Part shown: piece after piece, positions 52,501 through 61,500 of the stretch
Numbering within the stretch: the stretch's first letter is position 1
Layout: every line of letters begins with the position of its first letter
Assembly (NCBI GenBank): GCA_965235115.1
Contig: OZ249450.1
Location: 21,824,001-21,888,000, forward strand
DNA: 64,000 nucleotides
Source: Laetmonice hystrix
Lineage: Eukaryota
Reading direction: 5' to 3'
Made by a program: the position numbers and the translations under genes
Notes under the pieces: generated by a model
Database searches by the model: none
What the model was told of the DNA's origin: nothing
Seen by the model: the letters and a program-made list of their open reading frames with translations, nothing else

Positions 52501-55500
52501 CTCAACAACTGACTACTGGCTACACCCAACAACAACGTCAGTGTGAGTCGAGGAAATCAACTCAACAACTGACTACTCGCTACACCCAACAACAACGTCA
52601 GTGTGAGTCAAGGAAATCAACTCAACAACTGACTACTGGCTACACCCGACAACAACGTCGGTGTGAGTCAAGGAAATCAACTCAACAACAATGCCGGTGT
52701 GAGTCAACAAATCAACTCAACCAAGGACACCAACAACTGACTACTCACTACAGTGACTACACCCAACAACAACGTCTGTGTGAGTCAAGGAAATCAACTC
52801 AACAACAATGCCGGTGTGAGTCAACAAATCAACTCAACCAAGGACACCAACAACTGACTACCGGTACTCGCTACACCCAACAACAGTGTGATTCAAGGAA
52901 ATCAACTCAACAACTGACTACTCGCTACACCCAACAACAACGTCAGTGTGAGTCGAGGAAATCAACTCAACAACTGACTACTCGCTACACCCAACAACAA
53001 CGTCGGTGTGAGTCGAGGAAGTCAAACTCAGCCAAGGACACCCCTAACTGCCAGCTTCTAACACAACCACACACACACGTCATACCTAACCATAGACTGT
53101 AAGAACTGCCAGCATGGTATAACCACAGATGAGCTCATCTGTGGTATAAACACAACAGCACACACAGTTAGTTCTCCATGGATTTATACACTACAGACTA
53201 CCAATAGGATTCTAACGTTAACTCCATTGTGTGACCATGTCAATCTGAACTCCTCAACTGTGATTACAGACGGCCACCAGCTCATCTTGCCGCTAGTTTC
53301 TCACGCCAAGAGAGAGTGGAAATTATCTGAGTCACATCAAGTTGGTACAATCTGACTCAACATTGGAGTGTGCTGAAATCCCAGCTACAGCACACAAGTA
53401 CTGCACACCTACCATCCTGACATGGATAGGTTATACAACTGTTGTAAACGGTATACCGAGTAAACTTCAGACGTAATCCTTACAAAAGGACATTAGGAAA
53501 TGGCCAAGTCGGCCTTGGCACACCAGGACAGACCATAATGTTCCCAATGTCTGGCCTGGGTTTGTTGTTTTACAATGAGGGTCAGACTTGAGAATCGGGA
53601 AGAGGTAGGTGTTCCAGAAGTAAACACATAAATGAGGGGGGCCCTTTCAGGGGAGGGGGTAGGAGATCAGAACCCCACGGCCCAAATTTCTGTCAATTTT
53701 TTAGATATCTAAAGTATCCTTATTTCACCTTGCTGGACCTTCCATTCTTGCCAGCTTTCCCTTTTCGACTCTAAAATTCAAGATCTATACCTCCACAGGA
53801 GATAAGGAAAAGGCAACTCTGGCCTGAGTAAAGTCTTCCTGAAGTTGATCGCAACTAGCATATTTCTGTGATATACATCCTACGGGGGCTGAGCACATAA
53901 TGGAGTCTTGTAACGATTATGTGTTCTGTAACCTGGAAATAGGGCGCGGAGGAGGCGAGCATGCTTTTTGAGATGTTCCGAATTGTAAAGTCAATTTTTA
54001 CAGGTGTTCTGCTCCCATTCCAGGTGTTAGAGTGGCCAAGGTGTGAGATCATCTTTATTCACCCTCCGACCCAGGAGGACTCGGACACCTCCAGCATGAG
54101 GACCGACACCATCAGCCTCGGTGACGAGGTTCGCTTCGCTCCCAATGTCATCACCATTGACCCCAACACACCGTCCGAGCCTGGCTACCACCCGGACTAC
54201 ATGCGGAGTGACTCCCCGCGGGGCCGCAAGCTCCGTGTCCAAGTTGTAACCAACAAACATGGCTTCATTGAACTCAACCTCTCCAATCTCGACCTCCGAG
54301 GTGTCCCTGCCGAGACTTTCAACTTCACCCGGATTGAGGTGCTGCGTCTGTCCAAGAACAAGTTGACAACAATACCGAGTGGCATTGCTCACCTGCGGCG
54401 GCTCCGGGTACTGGAGGCTCCAGCTAATGTCCTCCAGGTGTTACCAGACACTATCTCTAACTGCTCCCACATCCAGGAGATTGACCTGTCCCACAACTGC
54501 CTCAGTTCTCTCCCAACCACCTTTAATGCCCTCCGCCACCTTCGCATTCTCAAACTCGGTCATAATCAGTTTGAAAATCTCCAGCATGAACTCGGTGACC
54601 TCGAGTCACTCCGGCAACTTGACCTCCCAGGCAACAAACTCTGGCACCTGCCGAGCAGCCTAGCCAACCTCCGCAACCTACGACTGGTGAACTTGGGTCA
54701 GAACCTTTTCGAGCACCTGCCAGTGTGTCTGTGCCAGGCACGAGAGCTGGAGGCCATCGACCTGCGGGGGAACAAGTTAATCAACCTGCCTGCCGAGTGC
54801 GATAAGTGGCGCCAACTCAAAGAGCTCAACCTGTCTTCAAACCGGCTCGAGACCGTCCCCCACTGTATCTCTAACCTTCTCAACCTCCACTCTCTTGACG
54901 TCTCTCACAACAAACTCAAGAGTCTCCCGGCTCGCCTCTCTAAACTTCCCAAGCTCCGCGTCCTTATGGCCTGCGGAAACCAAATCACAAACATTCCAAA
55001 CAACTTTGAAATCCTTGAGTACCTAAACTTGACTGATAACCGAATAGTGAATTTTTCTGTGTCAAAAATGCGGCGGCTGAAGTACCTAAACGCGAGCCAC
55101 AATGCCCTTGAGAATCTCCCGCTTGGGGTGTGCAACCTGCCCCTTCTGGAGGTCCTAAAGCTGAACACCAACCGCATCAGTTACATGTCACAGGACATCA
55201 TCCTGCTCAAACACCTGAAGACTCTCGACATCGGTAACAACAAGCTGACCAGCCTCCCACACGTCATCAATGAGCTTGAGAGGCTCGAGACGTTTAACGT
55301 CCAGGGTAACAGGATTGACACACGAGATCACACTCCGAGGACGCGGTCCGCTCCCTTTGTCCAAGCGACAAACGGCCTTGCTGCCCACCAGGTCCGACAG
55401 CGGCACTCACGCGATGATCTCCATGGGAACGAAACTCATCCACTCTATGGGACCAAAGGAAACAAACAATCTTTGGATAAACCAAAGAACAAAAAGAGCC

Positions 55501-58500
55501 TCCAGCCTCATTCCAGAACTATAGCGACTCAATACACCCCCAAATCCAGCATTAAGATGCGGGAGAGGCCGCCACTGGACTATCAACCTAAAACCCACTC
55601 CCTCCCTTCCTACCCCCACTCACGGTTTGGGCACAGCGGCAATAACACCGAGCATCTCCAAGCAGACGGCACGAGTCTCCCAAACACGATACCTCGGAGT
55701 AGTGTCCCGAGGGACATGACCGAAATAACCTACCCCATGGAAAGGACAGTGGAAAAGTCCATCAATGCCAGGTCAGTGGCAGAGAAACTCTATGCTGAGA
55801 AATCTAGTGCCTCTCGGTCTTTGCTTGACAAGTCTCTTGAAGGCCGATCTCGTCATATCAGCAATCCTAGCCACTTGCCCATTACGACCATCGACGACAT
55901 CAAAACCTCCTACACCAGGAGATGGCTGGAAGGCCGCAAACCAAACGGCATTAACACAAGTGTGCGAAGTAATGCTGCCACTGTCAACGGTTCGGTTGGA
56001 GATGAACTCTCACTGGGCGAGGAGGATTACGAGTTCCAGCCAACGACCGTCCAGGATCAACGCCTCCTCGGAGTTTGTCAGCAAGTCGAGGCCATGCTCA
56101 ACAAACAAATGCTAGACCCGTTTGTCACTCCAAAAGGAATATTTCGGAAAAGGTACAAATTCAAATTCCTCCTGAAGTATTCAAAATGTATCACTTCAAC
56201 AATGCCTCTACTAAGTACTGCTAGAGGCTCTCAATTTTTTACACATACTCCCAAGTTTAATTTCTATTCATATTAATGAAACCACTAAAACTAAACTTCT
56301 TAATATTAGATGCGTAGTTTTAAACGGGAATATGTTATTTTCACCTTATTTCTCATGTGATGACCTCACACCCATTGCCATACTTGTGCCCACCATTTGT
56401 ATTTCACCAACAGCCTCAACGAGTACGGAACAATGCGCACCCTGAATGGTTTACATGATCCCAAGTATCACATGTATGAGGTGAACCCTGACCGCCGACA
56501 CAAGGTCAACGGTGCCATCCAAGTCTCCGACAATGTCTTCCTCAAGCGCCCCCTGGAGGCGGCTAACCCAAACATCCTCCTGCGTACCAAAGCCGACCAG
56601 TTTGACGTCACACCTGCTGGGGGTCTGTTCAAGTCGAGCGTCGATCCCAACATCAGCGTTTACTTCCCAGTCAAGGCCATCCCTGAACCTCTGACTATAA
56701 CCCTGCAGGTTAGCTTTTTACAATGTTACGCTTAAGGGCAGGGCTAGGGCTAATGATCCTATGTTCACTGCGCACCTCCACTGATTAAGAAAAAAATTTT
56801 TAAACTGTTTTATACCAAGCTTGGTGAAAGAAATAAGACAAAGATTGACATGATTTGCTGTGAACTCCAGATGGTGTGAAGGTTTTGTATATTTTGTAAA
56901 AAGTGTTTAAGACCTTTTGAGGCATAAAAATGGGAAAAGAAGATGAAAAAAATCGAAAACAAATCTATGGGCTCCAAACCTGAGCCACAACAGACTCTCA
57001 AAAAACGTCTTTACAAACTTTCCTATGCTATCATGTAGGAACTGTGTTTGAGATCTGTGTATTTTACAGCTGGAGAAGGTTGACCAGGAGGCTCTGCTCC
57101 AGGCCAAGCGCCACGACCCCATCATCAACAATATCTTGGCCATGGGCCACGTCGTACACGTCACCCAGTCGCACGACATCGACTTCCAGGAGCAGGTGAC
57201 ACTTACCATTCCAGCACCTCCCGCTCCAAAACGTGGGAAACTGCACCTCATGACGTACCATGAGGATAACTCATGCTCGCCGTGCACCTCGCCGTACAAG
57301 GTCTACCAAGGCTACATATCGCTGCAGGCTTGGCACTTCTCTGGGTCAGTACCAAAACTTCTCTCCATCTAGATTTTTAATTACTCAGTCATGACGCATT
57401 AACAATATCCAAACTATATAGTTTTAATAACATGCCGTTTAAACTAAATGCAAACATCAACAAAGATTTTAATAGTAGAATAACAAAATTATATTAATAA
57501 CATAATATTTTCTGTTTCCAGCAAAGGTGCTGTGTTGACGAGTTCTAAGTGCAAGTACAAGGCTTGCAAGTCAGTGGAGCAGCTTTTGTCCACCCTGTAC
57601 ATATAATACAAACTTTTTAATGGATCATAAAACCCTAAACCCCAGGAAAAGACTTCCTTCAATGGATTATTGCTTGGGCTTGCTGAAATAAACTCGAGTA
57701 CTACCGAGTACGTGAGCAGAAAGTGTGTGGAACTGTGTGTGTGAAACACATTGTAATAGTTTTGGTTGGTGTGGCTCTGGTTCAGTACCAAGATCTCTGG
57801 CTCTAGATCATGTTGTGGGAGTGCCAGCCAAGTCTACAGGAACCTTCTGCCAGCCAAGCCTACAGGAGTGTACACATTCTGCCAGCCAAGCCTACAGGAG
57901 TGTAGACATTCTGCCAGCCAAGCCTACCTGTCGAGTGTACACAAATGTCCATCTATAAACCAAGGTCTAACTCCTGCCAGCCAGCCTCGCTGGTCACTGG
58001 ACACTCACTGTGCCAGCCAAGCCTGGTCTGTATGCCATGGCAAAAACCAACCCTGCTGGAGGTTCATTGTACGGAAAGGGTTGAAGGAGAAAACACTGCC
58101 ATATAAGTCAGCCGTGAGGTGGTATATTATAATATCAAGGACCAAGCAAACTGTGGTCATGTGATACCAATGTTATACTGTCACAAATGTTAGCTGCATC
58201 CTCCCCCTGCCAGCAAAACAAAATTGACTTCTGTTTTATCAAGTTATGACCTATATGTACCAGTATTCCCAGGAGGGAGGTCAGTTAACATAATCTTTAT
58301 TAAGGTACCTCAACTTGACTATTTTCATTCCTTGTTATGTACTTTTACTGTTATTACTAAGACATAACCTGTCTTGTTTATGATTGTACGACCAAATATC
58401 TTGACGTTAACAAAATAACCAATGTCGTCATTCCACTTGATGTTACTTACATCACAGTTTCTCTCACCATACTTGTATACTTGCACAAATTCAGCTAATA

Positions 58501-61500
58501 AAGGTTATATTATAAATCTATTAGTTCAAGAGAACACCTGTGGGGATAGTTAGCTTCTTGGACTCAATAAACTACAACTCCAAAGCACTTTACGTTTCGG
58601 TATGTGTAAGAAAAACAATGTATTTCCTGAGTAGACCTTAGCCGTAACGAAATTCAGTAAGGATTTTTGAGAAGAAACTATGATATGGCAGAAGCATTCA
58701 ACTTCAGACCAAATAGAGCTAAGACAGACTCGAAATTGAGACTTCAAGTTCAAGTCACTTTGTCTACTTCATGCATTGTGGAACCTGCATAACAACCGCC
58801 TCAGCTAAGTGACCACCTCTCAGCTAAGACCATATTGGCTAGTATAAATACTAAAAATATTTCCTTCCACAAGTCGCCCAGTAACATGCATGCAATCCCA
58901 TTATTCAACCACAAAAAGTTCGGCCCCACAGCCGGCCCACTGTACTTGTCTATTCCTGCATGCCTCGGAAGACTACAACAAATTCTTTGTATCACCTTTC
59001 CGACAAATGAAGTTGGTATAATCTACTCACCATTGTAGAAGAGGAATGGCAGGTCGAAGGGTGGAATGGTTCGGTTTCGGGGCACGTCGCTACTGACCAG
59101 GGTACAGCGCAGCATGTACTCCTGACCATCTTTGCCGACCGTGTTCTCTTGGATCATCAAGTTCTGCAAGAACAACAATAACATACTCACTCGAGGTTTC
59201 TACACAGACTCGGGTATTTACAGAAATTCAAGGGAAAAATTCTTGGATACCAAAAAAATCTTCCGAAAACTCTGATGTGTCTTCCTGGCTTAAATCACTG
59301 TCCAGGATGAAACAACGAAATGCAATGGCATTTCAATGAGACGTAACGGCCTGTTCAAGAGCCTTTCACATTTTACACCTGGACCAATAACATGCCCCTA
59401 ACATTTCATAAACAGGTCAATATAAACCAACCCTGCTACTTTAGAAATGACAGCTGATTTTAAGACGTTCCGTGACGTACCTGTAAGATGGCGCTCCCCT
59501 TTGAGAATGGTACCTCCATCTGTGTGGTGTTTCCGACCAGTTCCGGTAGCTCCGAGGCATCCTCCTCATTGTCAGCTGTCACAGTCATGACCAGTTTCCC
59601 CTCAATGTCCAGTCCCGTCACGTTTCCGTATTGGTCCTAGAACGGATCGACACCAAAACATGATTGAAGCCACCACAATATCTGTTATCAGGGCAATACG
59701 ATGGACTGCAGTGTTCTCGCCAGAACGTTTGATAGTATAGCAGTCAATATCAATCAAAGAATAGACCAGTAGTTTAGAGGTTTCCTAATATTTACCTTCC
59801 CAGGATATCATACAGCTAGAATCTTATATTATGTTGAATTTAAACCATTTTTAGCACTACACTGTTTCAATAACACTTGTGAAAATCTCAGACTCATTCA
59901 GACCTTTTAAGGACTTTAAGGACGAGTCCCTTTGCCCATTTTTCCCCACGACTTCCCCTGAGCTGTTTAAACCCTGATGAGTAGTAAAACACTCTCCAAG
60001 GAGCGTGAAGCCAGCCGCTGAACCCACCCACCTGTAATTCCAACTTGAGTAACTTGAGCAGACTACGACTGTTTTGGTTCTTGGTGTTAGAGACTGTGAT
60101 TGTCCCAGGGAGATGGATGGGGACGAGTTTAGAGGCTGGTCCTGGCTGGACGTTAATGGCAATCTGATTGCTGAACACCTCGTGTTTGTTGTCCGAGTAA
60201 ATGAACATGATGTTGTGAGTGCCTGACGTTTCGGGAACTCGACGGTTACTGTGCAAACATACACGTACAATAATGAAAATTGGTGTTAACTTTCAGCACT
60301 ACTAACAACATTAAAAGCCACAGCCATTTTAACTTCACTGAAACTTCCTGTACATCTCCAATGCCTTACAACTGACTTATACTTTTTTGTTACGACTAAA
60401 GTTGCTCCAACTTCAACAGAGATGGGGAAATTCAAGAGCAGATTCCTTGGAACTAACCTGAAGTAAAAAACACCATCCTGATCATTTTTCCGTTTCGTGT
60501 CAGGTGGGTGAGTGACAGCTTTGTTTGGGGGCCGTGCTGTCAGACCATCCGCCTTCCATAATTTCATATTCAAACACGATGCCTTTGCTGTTGCCATGAC
60601 GCTGTCATCCTCAGACAGAATTCGTACTGTGAAGTCTGAAACCACAGATTTCTTGCTCAATCTTCAAAGGATGACACCAAAAAAAGTCTTGTTTCAAAAC
60701 TGGCTATTATTAGCTCATTCCGTACTTTGTAATCAACAACACTTCAATTCTGACAATTCTGACAAAAATATTACTCAAATTACAAACAATTTTTTTTTCC
60801 AATTATTAAGACCTGATAAAATTCAACGAGAGCTCACACCCCTACCTGGTAGTTCCTCGCCAACTGTGTAGGTGGCGTTCTTATCATACTCGACGACGAT
60901 GTTGACCGGTTTGGTTTGGTCTGGTTGAATATTAATCTTGATCTTGGGACCTGAGATGGTGGTTCGGCCCATGAAAGCCTTCGGCTGTATCTCGTATACC
61001 CCTCTACAAACACCAGGGCAAGTGGTAAATTAGTATGTTCAGTACTTGATGGTTGTCATGGCAATATTACCTGGCAAACTTCAGTCACAGAGTATCAGCT
61101 GTCTTCTTCAATTGTTTAGTAATTAATTTAAGTAGAATAAATAAAATTGTACATCCAAAAGGTCACAGCACTAAAAACTTTAGAATAACACTTATAACTG
61201 ATGCTATCATAATTGATAAATAATAGCAAGGAGAAAAATATGAATTTATGTATGAATCATGGGGTCTCTTGATATTTGTACAATGGTAACAAAAAAACTT
61301 TAAATATTTTAAAATTATATTTCAAAGCAATGTTGGCTGGTGCCAGTTTTACCTTTTTCCTGTGACTGTGAAGGTTCCAAAATCAGCACGACCATTCTTG
61401 TCTGTCTTGAGTGGCTGAGGCGAAGGGGCAAGCTGTAGAAGAGATCAGTAGTTTCCTGATATATTTACTTAAAATAAACTGACAGAATTTCAGGACAGGA

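Noticed and set aside
53961-54074. N-terminal 38 aa of the 771-aa track ORF, and its extension 56153-56276
   Set aside because: These look like intron read-through: an acceptor lies at 54074 and a donor at 56153 that joins the next exon in phase. The upstream start cannot be fully excluded.
54027-56115. Minus-strand and alternate-frame ORFs over the LRR exon
   Set aside because: Shadow ORFs of a GC-rich coding exon.
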